Source: Verrucomicrobiia bacterium
Lineage (GTDB): Bacteria; Verrucomicrobiota; Verrucomicrobiia; Limisphaerales; UBA11358
DNA: 64,000 bases
Assembly: GCA_025451535.1 (NCBI GenBank)
Contig: JANWKE010000093.1
Span: 4,824-68,823, forward strand
Direction: 5' to 3'
The notes beneath the pieces are model-generated. The model was not told the origin of the DNA. It made no database searches and worked only from the letters and a program-made list of their open reading frames with translations. A program made the translations under genes and the position numbers. Every line of letters starts with the position of its first letter. Position 1 is the first letter of the stretch. This document shows, one piece after another, positions 54,921-63,919 of the stretch.

Positions 54921-56444
54921 TTAATCACAGGGCACGGTGCGGTTCGACGCCCAATCGCGCGTTTCCTGGATCTTCTCCCTCATGACCACGGACAAAGGCC
55001 GGGTCTGTTGGATTTCAGCGATTAAATCCGGTTGCGTCAGGCCGTGCCCTTGCGCGTGCGCCGTGTACATCGCCGATACGATGGCCTGTTCGATTTCCGA
55101 ACCGGAAAAACCCTTCGTGGCTTCCACCAGCGTGTCCAGGTCAAATTGCGCGAGCTCCAGTGAACGTTTGCGCAGGTGAATCTGTAAAATGTCACGGCGG
55201 TTCGGCGACGACGGCAGATCCACGAAAAAAATCTCGTCGAACCGGCCTTTGCGCACCAATTCCGGTGGCAGGCGCATGATGTCATTGGCGGTGGCGACGA
55301 CGAAAACCGGTTTTTTGCGTTCAGACATCCAGGTCAGGAAAGTCCCCAGAATCCGGCGCGACAATCCGTCATCGTCCTCCTGCACGGCCACGCCCTTTTC
55401 GATTTCGTCCATCCAGAGAACGCACGGCGACATCACTTCGGCGGTTTCAAAGGCCTTCCGCAAATTGCGTTCGGTCTCGCCATAATATTTGTTGTAGAGC
55501 ACGCTGAAATCGAGGCGCAAGAGCGGCACGCCGAAAATCGCGGCGGCGGCCTTGGCCACCAGGCTTTTGCCGCAACCTTGCACGCCCAGCAGCAGAACGC
55601 CGCGCGGCGGGTCGAGCGGCGTATCGGCGTCACCCAGGAAAAAGTCCCTGCGCACGGTCAGCCAGTTCCGCAGCCGCTGCAGGCCGCCAATTTCCGAGAA
55701 TTGCACGGTTTCATACTCAAACGATAAAACGCCGTCGCGTCCGAGCAGTTCATATTTCGCCCGCATGACTTCGGGCATTTCGGATTCGGAAATTACGCCA
55801 TCGTCGTTGATGGCCTTGAGCGCCAGGCGGCGCACATCCGTGGTGGTAAGGCCGACCAGGTTCCGCACGAGCAGATCAATCGCCTTGTTGGTGGTTTGGA
55901 CATCGCGTTTACCGTGTTCTGCACCCCAATCGGCGGCCACGTCATAAACGATTCCACGCACTTCATCGGCTGACGGCAACGGCAGGCGGAATCGTGCGGT
56001 GTACGGTTGCAAGTCCGGCGGCACCGGCATGGTTGAACCAACCAATACCACCGTCGAATAGTGCCGCTCATACGTCAGGGCGATGTCTTTCAAATAACGG
56101 ACCACCACCGCATCCTCCAAATAGGGATGAAAATCCAACAGCACAAATAGCGAATGAGTGGCGGAGTTCTTAATATAATTTAAAATCTCCTGCGATTTGA
56201 CGACCGACTGCAACGGTTGGTCGCAAGGATCAAACGCCTGTAAACCTTCCGTCACCGTCCAGCGATAGGCCTTGAGTTGCAAACGGTTCGCGATTTGCCG
56301 CACCATTTGGACGATATGAGGTTCTTCGCCGGTCTCGACGACAATCAGTGGCGTTCGCGAACGGATGATGGCCTCCAGGTCACGAATCGGGCTTTCGGTG
56401 ACAAGCGATCCCATGTTGGCGAGTTTGGCAGACGGCAAATTCAT
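54921..56444 (-). CDS. AAA+ ATPase (classic clade) with a degenerate N-terminal ATPase-like domain
   Basis: C-terminal module has Walker [11 protein letters not shown], Walker [10 protein letters not shown], and second region of homology [21 protein letters not shown]. The N-terminal roughly 240 aa lack a Walker A motif. Start placed at ATG 56444 (or 56414). Confidence 0.85.
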   Translation of the reverse strand: MNLPSAKLANMGSLVTESPIRDLEAIIRSRTPLIVVETGEEPHIVQMVRQIANRLQLKAYRWTVTEGLQAFDPCDQPLQSVVKSQEILNYIKNSATHSLFVLLDFHPYLEDAVVVRYLKDIALTYERHYSTVVLVGSTMPVPPDLQPYTARFRLPLPSADEVRGIVYDVAADWGAEHGKRDVQTTNKAIDLLVRNLVGLTTTDVRRLALKAINDDGVISESEMPEVMRAKYELLGRDGVLSFEYETVQFSEIGGLQRLRNWLTVRRDFFLGDADTPLDPPRGVLLLGVQGCGKSLVAKAAAAIFGVPLLRLDFSVLYNKYYGETERNLRKAFETAEVMSPCVLWMDEIEKGVAVQEDDDGLSRRILGTFLTWMSERKKPVFVVATANDIMRLPPELVRKGRFDEIFFVDLPSSPNRRDILQIHLRKRSLELAQFDLDTLVEATKGFSGSEIEQAIVSAMYTAHAQGHGLTQPDLIAEIQQTRPLSVVMREKIQETRDWASNRTVPCD

Positions 56445-56526
56445 TCGAGTGGCCCTTAAAACTCCCGAAATCGCTCCGGCCTGCAAGAAAAAACGCCTGG
56501 TTTTCTCCCTTTTGTGGTCGCTTCGA

Positions 56527-57804
56527 CTACGCCGCTTCCATGTCCGGCTTGCGCCGAACAATGGGCTGGGTTTCGCCCAGCACGACCGACTGCGTGATTT
56601 TCACGTGAACGACGTCGCTGTTATCAGGCGCGTCATACATCACGTCGAGCATCAGCCGCTCAATCAGTCCGCGCAGGGCGCGCGCGCCGGTGCCCTTCTT
56701 GAGCGCCAAAACCGCCAGTTCACGCAGGGCATCGGGCGTGAATTCCAGTTCCACGCCTTCCATCGCCATGAGCTTGGCAAATTGCTTCGTCAGCGCGTTC
56801 TTTGTTTCGGTCAGGATGGAAACCAGTTGAGCCTCAGACAATTCGGTCAGCGTGGTCACCACCGGCAGCCGGCCGATAAATTCGGGAATGAAACCGTAGT
56901 CCAGCAAATCCTCCGGCTCGGCGCGCTGCAAAATCTGATCGCGCGCGGTGGTGGCATTTTTTTGCATTTCGCCGATGGCGCCAAACCCCATGGTGTGCCG
57001 GCCCAGCCGCCGTTGAATGATTTTTTCCAGACCGACAAATGCCCCGCCGCAAATGAACAAAATGTCCGTCGTGTCCACGCGAATGTATTCCTGCTGCGGA
57101 TGTTTGCGGCCGCCCTGGGGCGGCACGTTGCAAACCGTGCCTTCGAGGATTTTCAACAACGCCTGCTGCACGCCCTCGCCGGAAACGTCGCGCGTGATGG
57201 ACGGCCCTTCGGCCTTGCGCGCGATTTTGTCAATCTCGTCAATGTAAACGATGCCGCGCTGGGCGCGTTTTACATCGTAATCCGAATTTTGCAGCAATCG
57301 CAAAATGATGTTCTCCACGTCTTCACCCACATAACCGGCCTCGGTCAGCGCCGTGGCGTCGGCGATGGCGAACGGCACATCCAGCACCCGGGCGAGGGTG
57401 CGCGCCAGCAGCGTCTTCCCGGAACCGGTCGGGCCAATCATCAAAATGTTGCTCTTTTCGATTTCAACGCCGGAATGCTTGCTCTTGCCGGCAGCTGTCC
57501 CCGTCTCCGGTTCCTGTTGAATGCGCTTGAAATGATTATGGACCGCAACGGCCAGGGTTTTTTTGGCATGTTCCTGGCCGACACAATGCAAATCCAGCAG
57601 TCGTTTGATTTCGGCGGGTTTGGGAACGGTGAATTTCGGCTGTTTTTTCTGATTCTGCAGCTCCAGTTCGCGGTCAAGGACATTTTTGCAGAGGATAATG
57701 CAGTTGTCGCAGATATAAACGCCCGGCCCGGCGACCAGCTTGCGCACTTCCGCATGCGATTTGCCGCAGAAGCTGCACATGGTGAGATTATTCGGGCGGG
57801 CCAT
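56527..57804 (-). CDS. clpX: ATP-dependent Clp protease ATP-binding subunit ClpX
   Basis: Zinc-binding CSFCGK...CDNC, Walker [19 protein letters not shown], and [10 protein letters not shown]. Confidence 0.96.
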   Translation of the reverse strand: MARPNNLTMCSFCGKSHAEVRKLVAGPGVYICDNCIILCKNVLDRELELQNQKKQPKFTVPKPAEIKRLLDLHCVGQEHAKKTLAVAVHNHFKRIQQEPETGTAAGKSKHSGVEIEKSNILMIGPTGSGKTLLARTLARVLDVPFAIADATALTEAGYVGEDVENIILRLLQNSDYDVKRAQRGIVYIDEIDKIARKAEGPSITRDVSGEGVQQALLKILEGTVCNVPPQGGRKHPQQEYIRVDTTDILFICGGAFVGLEKIIQRRLGRHTMGFGAIGEMQKNATTARDQILQRAEPEDLLDYGFIPEFIGRLPVVTTLTELSEAQLVSILTETKNALTKQFAKLMAMEGVELEFTPDALRELAVLALKKGTGARALRGLIERLMLDVMYDAPDNSDVVHVKITQSVVLGETQPIVRRKPDMEAA

Positions 57805-57835
57805 TCTCGTTTTTCGCTTTTCGATTTACATCTTT

Positions 57836-58465
57836 TTACACATTCACGGATGTTTTTTCCGCCAAACCGGCAATGTCCTTGCGCGATTGCACGACCTGGT
57901 CCACGAGGCCGTATTCCTTCGCCTCGTCGGCGGACATGAAACGGTCACGATCGGTGTCACGGGTGATGTCCTCGACCTTGCGTCCGCAATGTTTGCCGAG
58001 AATCTCGTTGAGCCGGTCCTTGAGCCTTAAAATTTCCCGCGCCTGGATGCTGATGTCGCTGGCCTGGCCCTGCACCCCGCCCCAGGGCTGGTGAATCAGG
58101 ATGCGCGCGTTGGGCAGCGCATAGCGTTTGCCTTTCGTGCCCGCCGCCAGCAGCACCGCCGCCATGCTCGCCGCCTGGCCGATGCAATACGTGTTCACGT
58201 CGCACGTCAGAAACTGCATCGTGTCATAAATCGCCAGCCCGGCGGTGACGCTGCCGCCCGGGGAATTGATGTAAAGATGAATGTCCTTCTTGGCGTCAGA
58301 CATCTGGAGAAAAAGCAACTGGGCGATAATGATGTTGGACACCGTGTCATCCACCGCCGTGCCGAGAAAAATAATGCGGTCCACCAGTAGACGGGAATAA
58401 ATGTCCCACGTCCGCTCGCCGCGACCGGTCTGCTCAACCACAATTGGAACCAAAAAGTTTTGCAT
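57836..58465 (-). CDS. clpP: ATP-dependent Clp protease proteolytic subunit ClpP
   Basis: [15 protein letters not shown], active-site [11 protein letters not shown], and ILIHQPWGG. Start placed at MQNFLVP. Confidence 0.95.
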   Translation of the reverse strand: MQNFLVPIVVEQTGRGERTWDIYSRLLVDRIIFLGTAVDDTVSNIIIAQLLFLQMSDAKKDIHLYINSPGGSVTAGLAIYDTMQFLTCDVNTYCIGQAASMAAVLLAAGTKGKRYALPNARILIHQPWGGVQGQASDISIQAREILRLKDRLNEILGKHCGRKVEDITRDTDRDRFMSADEAKEYGLVDQVVQSRKDIAGLAEKTSVNV

Positions 58466-58528
58466 GGCTAAATAACTACTCCATTTTTCGCGCAAGTAAA
58501 GGAGCAAACCTCGTGCCGACTGAGAAAA

Positions 58529-58600
58529 ATCGTCCTCGTCCTCCTTCTCGTCCTCGTGCTCGATAAATTTTCGATTATGATTACGAGGACGAGGAGGAAG
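58529..58600. repeat. GAGGACGAGGA-type inverted repeat spanning the NUDIX stop codon
   Basis: ctcgtcctcgt (58547-58557) is the exact reverse complement of acgaggacgag (58583-58593). The right arm encodes the PSSSSS tail and stop codon of the NUDIX ORF. The element lies upstream of clpP. Confidence 0.6.
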
Positions 58601-59099
58601 GGATGGATTTCAGCTTCGACCAGATCAATCGGAAGGCACCGGCAAAATCCCCGGGGTTTCCGTTCATCCAGCGCGTAACCGCTTCCGGCGCAAACCACTC
58701 GCCGCCCTCGATCTCGTCGGGATGCAACTGGAACGGCCCTTCCGCTTCACACCGATACACCCGGACAAATTCCTGATCCGTCTCCGCACAGGCGTCTATT
58801 TTGAACAGGCGTTCCGGCGTTTTTGGGACAATCAATCCAATTTCCTCGCGCAACTCGCGCACGGCACAGGCATCGTATTCCTCGCCCGAATCCACATGGC
58901 CGGACGATGAGGAATCCCATTTGCCCGGTTCACGGTCCTTGGTCATCGAACGTTTCTGGAGGAAAATCTTGCCGTATGAATTGAACACGAGCACATGAAT
59001 GGCGCGATGCAACAGGCCGAGGCGGTGCACTTCACGGCGCGGCTTGTGATCAATCACCTCGTCGCGCTCGTTGACGACATCAAAGATTTCCTCGTTCAT
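58581..59099 (-). CDS. NUDIX hydrolase
   Basis: Nudix box [23 protein letters not shown] (GX5EX7REUXEEXGU). Confidence 0.88.
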   Translation of the reverse strand: MNEEIFDVVNERDEVIDHKPRREVHRLGLLHRAIHVLVFNSYGKIFLQKRSMTKDREPGKWDSSSSGHVDSGEEYDACAVRELREEIGLIVPKTPERLFKIDACAETDQEFVRVYRCEAEGPFQLHPDEIEGGEWFAPEAVTRWMNGNPGDFAGAFRLIWSKLKSIPSSSSS

Positions 59100-59154
59100 A
59101 ATTTTATAGCCGCCGATGTAAATCGGTGGAAATTCTGCACTTGCACAAGTGCGG

Positions 59155-60051
59155 CTACGATAAAAGTTCCGCTGTCAAATAAACAACCTGTTCCAAACTC
59201 AATTTCTCCGCACGTTCCTGCGGCTGGATGCCCAGTCTGGCAAACGCTTGTTCCAATTTTTCCGAGGGCCAATCTTCCCGCAACAATTTCAGCATCATCT
59301 TACGTCGCTGGGAAAAGGCGCGTTTCACAATTTTCACAAAAGCTTCGCGCTGGTTCTCCGGCAAAAGCGGAGTGGCGCGCCGATTCAAAACCACGCAGGC
59401 TGAATCCACGTCCGGTTCCGGGAAAAAGCAGCTTTTTGGAATTTTAAAGGAGTTGCGCGGCTCGAAATCGAGTTGCACCAGCAGCGTCAACACGCTGTAA
59501 TCCTTGTCCCCGGCTTTGGCCATCAGCCGTTGCGCAACCTCCAGCTGCAGCGTGGCCACAATTTTTTTTGGCGCGCGCGAGCCCTGCGCCAGTTCCACCA
59601 GAATCGGCGATGCGACGGAATACGGCAAATTGGCCACCAGTTTCCAATCGCTCCAATCCCGTGGCTCGTGCTTGAGGAATTCCAGTGCGTCGGCGTGGAG
59701 TAGTTCAAATCTCGGAGGGACGAGCTCTGCGAGTCCCTGATCCTTTGTTTCTGCAAAGTTTGGGACTCGTGCAACTCGCCCCTCCGAACTAAATGGAAAT
59801 CGCTCGCGCAGGAATTCCACAAGCCGGGCGTCTTTCTCAATGGCCATCACTTCACCGGCGCTTTCCAGAAGCAATTCCGTAAGCGGTCCGAGTCCGGGTC
59901 CGATTTCCAGCACTTTGTCAGTTTTTGCCAATTCCGCGGCTTCGACAATCCGCCGCAGTTGATTGCCGTCATGGAGAAAATTCTGACCGAGGGACCTGGT
60001 CAGTTGAATCCCGCGCGCCGCCAGCAATTCCCGCATTTCAGAAAGTTTCAC
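59155..60051 (-). CDS. rsmA: 16S rRNA (adenine1518/1519-N6)-dimethyltransferase RsmA/KsgA, carrying an in-frame insert
   Basis: SLGQNFLHD, SAM-binding VLEIGPGLGPLT, NLPYSVASP and FSQRRKM. Confidence 0.92.
   Translation of the reverse strand: MKLSEMRELLAARGIQLTRSLGQNFLHDGNQLRRIVEAAELAKTDKVLEIGPGLGPLTELLLESAGEVMAIEKDARLVEFLRERFPFSSEGRVARVPNFAETKDQGLAELVPPRFELLHADALEFLKHEPRDWSDWKLVANLPYSVASPILVELAQGSRAPKKIVATLQLEVAQRLMAKAGDKDYSVLTLLVQLDFEPRNSFKIPKSCFFPEPDVDSACVVLNRRATPLLPENQREAFVKIVKRAFSQRRKMMLKLLREDWPSEKLEQAFARLGIQPQERAEKLSLEQVVYLTAELLS
59714..59785. repeat. 72-nt palindromic element inside the rsmA coding frame
   Basis: ggagggacgagctctgcgagtccc (59714-59737) matches the reverse complement of gggactcgtgcaactcgcccctcc (59762-59785) at 19/24 positions by my count. 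A central ctttg/caaag stem is also present. The length is a multiple of 3. Confidence 0.7.
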
Positions 60052-60061
60052 CGGGAAAGAT

Positions 60062-60276
60062 TAAACCACGGATGAACACGGATGGACACGGATAAAAACG
60101 ATGCGACGAATAAGTTCTATTCCCTCGCCCCGCCCAAGCGGGGAGAGGGACAGGGCGAGGGGATTTAGTTGTACGCGTCACCTCACCCCGGTCCTGCGCC
60201 AACTCCGTTGGCGGAGAAAACGCAATCGCGCACTGCGATGTTCAATCCGTGTTTATCCGTGTCCAACCGTGTTTAA
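60062..60276. repeat. MITE-like element with terminal inverted arrays of a tandem decamer
   Basis: The left end is cacggatgaa-cacggatgga-cacggataaa (within 60062-60095). The reverse complement of the right end is cacggttgga-cacggataaa-cacggattga (60242-60276). The core contains a tccctcgcccc...ggggcgaggg hairpin. Confidence 0.7.
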
Positions 60277-60454
60277 GTTATTAAAGCCCGTATAAATACA
60301 GGGTTTCTTGAGCGCGTGGACGGCCACTGTCAGCGGAACTGTCAGTATAGCGGCAGACGAAATCACAATTCACCACTATCCTGCCACCATCCCGCTGAAA
60401 CTCGCCCACTACACCGTAACGTGTCGCGACGGTTCTGGTGCATGATTCAGACCC

Positions 60455-61480
60455 ATGCACATGAAAACAAAATACACCCTGTTCCGCCGCGGCGGAATCT
60501 ATTATTCCCAAGACACGACGACTGGCCAGCAAAAAAGTCTGCGGACCCGCGACGAAACTGAGGCGTTGCAACTGATCAACGCCCGCAACGAGGCGCACCG
60601 CCAGCCGGTGCTGAACTTGCAACTGGCCCGCGCCTATCTGACGGCCAGTGACCCCGCCTTTGTGGAACGCACCTGGCAGAATGTCATAGAGCAGTTGCAA
60701 TCCCGTGGCAAGGACAGCAGCCGCGCACGATACGCAAACGTGTTCAAGTCGTCCGCCTTTGACGGACTGCGGAACAAGACATTGCTGGAAACCACCGCCG
60801 ATGATTTCCTGGCCGTGTTCAAACACGGCAAAGTCTCCATCATCAATTTTCTGAAACGTCTGCACAACTTTGCGGTGAATCTTGGCTGGCTTGCTGTTCC
60901 CATCGTTGCGCCGTATCTCTGGCCCAAATACGAACCCAAAGACCGGCGCGGCATCACATTGGACGAACACCAAAGCATTTTGGCGAACGAGAAAAAGGCC
61001 GAGTGGAAACTGTTTTTTGAACTGCTTTGGGAAACCGGCGCAGCCCAGAGCGACGCAGCGAATTTCAAAGCCGAGGACATTGACTGGCAGACCCGGACGA
61101 TTTCCTATTTCCGGCAGAAGACCGGCTCGCTGGCACAATTCACCATCAGCAGTGCGCTGGAAGAGGTGTTGAAGCACTTGCCGACGACCGGCGCCTTGTT
61201 TCCGAACCTGTCCACATGGGCGGAAAGCGACCGCGCCAGTCGGTTCCGCCGCCGTTGTCATCGTGCCGGCGTGGTTGGCGTGACGTTGCATAGTTACCGT
61301 TACGCTTGGGCGGAACGCGCAAAGGTAGTCGGGATGCCAGAACGGTTTGCGCAGGCCGCGCTGGGCCACAACAGCAAGGCAATTCATCGCGCCTATGCGA
61401 AGAAGGCTGTCATCATCGCACCATCCCTTGAGGATTACGAGCGGAAAGCGGCCAACCTGTCCACAGTGGTGACAGCTTAA
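60455..61480 (+). CDS. tyrosine-type site-specific recombinase/integrase
   Basis: The C-terminal catalytic region has LHSYRYAW (HxxR) and ALGHNSKAIHRAYAK (His ... nucleophile Tyr), and is preceded by ELLWETGAAQSDAANFKAEDIDW (box I-like). Confidence 0.8.
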   Translation: MHMKTKYTLFRRGGIYYSQDTTTGQQKSLRTRDETEALQLINARNEAHRQPVLNLQLARAYLTASDPAFVERTWQNVIEQLQSRGKDSSRARYANVFKSSAFDGLRNKTLLETTADDFLAVFKHGKVSIINFLKRLHNFAVNLGWLAVPIVAPYLWPKYEPKDRRGITLDEHQSILANEKKAEWKLFFELLWETGAAQSDAANFKAEDIDWQTRTISYFRQKTGSLAQFTISSALEEVLKHLPTTGALFPNLSTWAESDRASRFRRRCHRAGVVGVTLHSYRYAWAERAKVVGMPERFAQAALGHNSKAIHRAYAKKAVIIAPSLEDYERKAANLSTVVTA

Positions 61481-61693
61481 CAAAAACGGCGGTTGAGTCT
61501 GACCAACGCAACCGCTCTTTATCTTTTTTGGGGACTGACGCCGTCCCCAAGCCCCGCACCAGAGACATGCTCTCTGGACTCCGTTACACGCTTCGCTGGC
61601 TTTGACGCTTCGCGCCCTTTCCGACAGCGGAAAGGAAATTGTTTGTTTGGAAAGCCGCGATCACGCTAAAACAACAGCGCAGCCTATCCTGTT

Positions 61694-61972
61694 TTAGGAG
61701 GCATTGTCATCTGGTAAAAGACGCCAGTGGTCCTTTGGCATCCAACCAGCGCGTGCCTTTTTGGAAATGATGGTAATGAAATGCCGATGTTCACCAAACT
61801 TCTCCATGAGCATCTTGGAGAGCGTCCTGGCGGGAATGGTTCCTACGATGAAAATAGAATTCGGAATCGAGTAGAACCACTGCTCGACGCCTTCCTGCGT
61901 GTCCAAGAAACTCGTGACTTGCTCGCGGGTAAATTTCTCCGGAGTGAACACATATAAGTAAGCGTTACTCAT
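61694..61972 (-). CDS. small hypothetical protein (92 aa)
   Basis: The ATG overlaps the stop of the upstream membrane-protein gene (ATGA). Composition is balanced and local G+C is lower. Confidence 0.5.
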   Translation of the reverse strand: MSNAYLYVFTPEKFTREQVTSFLDTQEGVEQWFYSIPNSIFIVGTIPARTLSKMLMEKFGEHRHFITIISKKARAGWMPKDHWRLLPDDNAS

Positions 61973-62349
61973 AATTCGCCCTCCGAGGTCCCAGCTTTTT
62001 CAGGCAACTGCGAAGGTTCCGATGCAAACTCAATACTCACGGGGTCAAAGATTACTTTGCCACCTTTTTGGGCGACCAGGTCAAGCTTAGCGAGTTCAAA
62101 CTGTAGTTTTTCAGACTGAACTAGGCGGGGGTCTTTCCGGACAAGAGTGCGATACTCCCAAAGCGAGAACAACACAATTAGCAAAACCAACGCAAAGAAG
62201 GCAATGCTCATAGGAGCGGCGACGAAGGCAGCCAGCAACAAACATGGTACCGTAACAATACCATTGAGCCAAAGTAGGGGAGTCAGTGCGCTGCCGGTCT
62301 GTCGGCTCTTCAGCGCTTTCTCCAAGTATCCTATGATTGATTCTAACAT
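61969..62349 (-). CDS. small two-TM membrane protein (126 aa)
   Basis: Two hydrophobic helices (LTPLLWLNGIVTVPCLLLAAFVA and MSIAFFALVLLIVLFSLW) followed by a soluble tail of about 55 aa. Confidence 0.5.
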   Translation of the reverse strand: MLESIIGYLEKALKSRQTGSALTPLLWLNGIVTVPCLLLAAFVAAPMSIAFFALVLLIVLFSLWEYRTLVRKDPRLVQSEKLQFELAKLDLVAQKGGKVIFDPVSIEFASEPSQLPEKAGTSEGEL

Positions 62350-62371
62350 TGAATGACCTGCGGTCTGCTGC

Positions 62372-62734
62372 CTAGCTGACTTTAAGCACTTCCGCCGTCG
62401 CCGTCAACGGTTCCGGCTGCAATCGGCTTAGTCCGTTCCGCTGCGCTGCGTTTTTCTTGTGCCAGTGCTGATAAATCGTGGTACTGACACGCACCAACCA
62501 GTTGCGGTCCTTGATAGCTTCCAATAAATCCGCCGTGGCGAAAAACTTGCCGCCATTGAGCGGAGGATTGCCCAGCGGCTTGAGCAGCCTAGCCGCAACC
62601 AGTGCCGGGATGTCATGCACCTGGCAATTCAACACCCACGCCGCCTGCTCCGCCGTCAGCCGGGCTGGCAACTGGCCCAGCAGCACCAAAAACCGATGTT
62701 GGTCGTCTTTCATCAAAACTTCATCCGCATTCAT
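62372..62734 (-). CDS. putative excisionase/AlpA-like HTH protein
   Basis: LTAEQAAWVLNCQVHDIPALVAARLLKPLG resembles the HTH_17/excisionase pattern (by eye). It lies between the Rep gene and the integrase. Confidence 0.45.
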   Translation of the reverse strand: MNADEVLMKDDQHRFLVLLGQLPARLTAEQAAWVLNCQVHDIPALVAARLLKPLGNPPLNGGKFFATADLLEAIKDRNWLVRVSTTIYQHWHKKNAAQRNGLSRLQPEPLTATAEVLKVS

Positions 62735-62802
62735 CCAGTGCTTGGGTTAATTCGCCATCACATCTGGACATAGGATTTCTACAAGCTATCCCGTCCGGCC
62801 CG

Positions 62803-62835
62803 CCACCTGCCCGGCGCTCCGCGCCGGGCAGGTGG
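62803..62835. repeat. perfect 15-bp GC-rich hairpin with a 3-nt loop
   Basis: ccacctgcccggcgc-tcc-gcgccgggcaggtgg. No U-tract follows on either strand. It lies about 135 nt downstream of the Rep stop. Confidence 0.8.
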
Positions 62836-62969
62836 GCAGGCCCTGCCGGGTCCCATCGTAATATCCAGCGCCGCAATGATTCGGTCTTTTATCCCAAGGA
62901 CCTCAGCGGATTGTCGGCGATCTGTTTTTTATGCAACCCCAAGGGACATGCCCTCGTAAACGAGCCGCA

Positions 62970-63623
62970 TCAGACCACCATGCCCGCACCGTGGGAGGCA
63001 GTTTTATCTCGAATGCTACCGCCAGCGGGAACCACCTGGTTAAACCCCGCCGCTTTCGCAACCTGCCGATTTTTTCGCTCGATCTCACAGCAACGTCTGC
63101 CGCTCTTTGCATCCAGCACCCTGATAAGAGAGATGACTGAATCCGACAGCGTCGTTTCTTCGGCGATGGAGAACTTGTTGATCTCATACGCATTTGCCCC
63201 CAGGCACTTGCATACATAATCCGCTCCCGCGAGTGAGCGGTCATACAGCCGAAAGTCCCCGTCCGCATTGTTGCTGATGATCTTCCAACAGCGCATCATC
63301 TGCGAACGCAGGCTCATCATGTTGCACGTAGCGACCCCACCCAGCAGACTGTGGAAATGTGGTCTTCCCCCGATTTCTCCCAGCTCACCACGCAACGCTA
63401 TGAGCAGGTCTTTATAGGGAACTTCGCTGATTTTGCTGACGTCCCGGCACCAGCGCCAGAACATGGCTTTACGGACGGACTCCTTGGGCAATGGATTCTT
63501 GAATGTCTGTGTAGTAAAGAAATCCCAGTTGATCCGCGCCAACGTCCAAGCAAAATCAGCGAACCGCTCGCGCCGATGGATTTTGTCCATCGAAAATTTG
63601 TCTGCGCGAGGGTTGGCTGACAT
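62970..63623 (-). CDS. HUH-superfamily rolling-circle replication initiator (Rep), single-Tyr type
   Basis: Motif I-like DFFTTQTF, HUH motif GGRPHFHSLLGG, and motif III ADYVCKCLG (Yxxk), in the canonical order and spacing within 217 aa. No helicase domain is present. Confidence 0.7.
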   Translation of the reverse strand: MSANPRADKFSMDKIHRRERFADFAWTLARINWDFFTTQTFKNPLPKESVRKAMFWRWCRDVSKISEVPYKDLLIALRGELGEIGGRPHFHSLLGGVATCNMMSLRSQMMRCWKIISNNADGDFRLYDRSLAGADYVCKCLGANAYEINKFSIAEETTLSDSVISLIRVLDAKSGRRCCEIERKNRQVAKAAGFNQVVPAGGSIRDKTASHGAGMVV

Positions 63624-63631
63624 AAAGGCTC

Positions 63632-63919
63632 CTACTTGGCAGGAGTTGTTTCAACGATTTCGCCGATGATGGACGCCTTGCCGGATTTGCTGTGGGCAAT
63701 CCTGCGTAGGTTGACCTCGATGATCTTGTCCATCGCCTTGTCCCAATACTTGGGAATTTCCTCGTCCTTGAGCCGGTAGCTGATGCTTTCCGTCATACGG
63801 GCGTCAGCCGGTTGAGACATGTCCACACAGACGAGGTTGTGACTGGTGGAAGCGGCACGCTCTTTAGTGGCCGGCCAGCTTTGGAACTCTTGCGTTTGAA
63901 CTAACAGTTTAACTCTCAT
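63632..63919 (-). CDS. hypothetical protein (95 aa), upstream of Rep
   Basis: The ORF ends 8 nt before the Rep ATG. No motif recognised. Confidence 0.4.
   Translation of the reverse strand: MRVKLLVQTQEFQSWPATKERAASTSHNLVCVDMSQPADARMTESISYRLKDEEIPKYWDKAMDKIIEVNLRRIAHSKSGKASIIGEIVETTPAK

Noticed and set aside
60062-60276. Tandem decamer arrays (also 27173-27278) as a CRISPR-like array.
   Set aside because: The units are only 10 nt, directly abutting without spacers, and are arranged as inverted terminal arrays. No cas genes are present. The pattern is consistent with a MITE/REP, not CRISPR.
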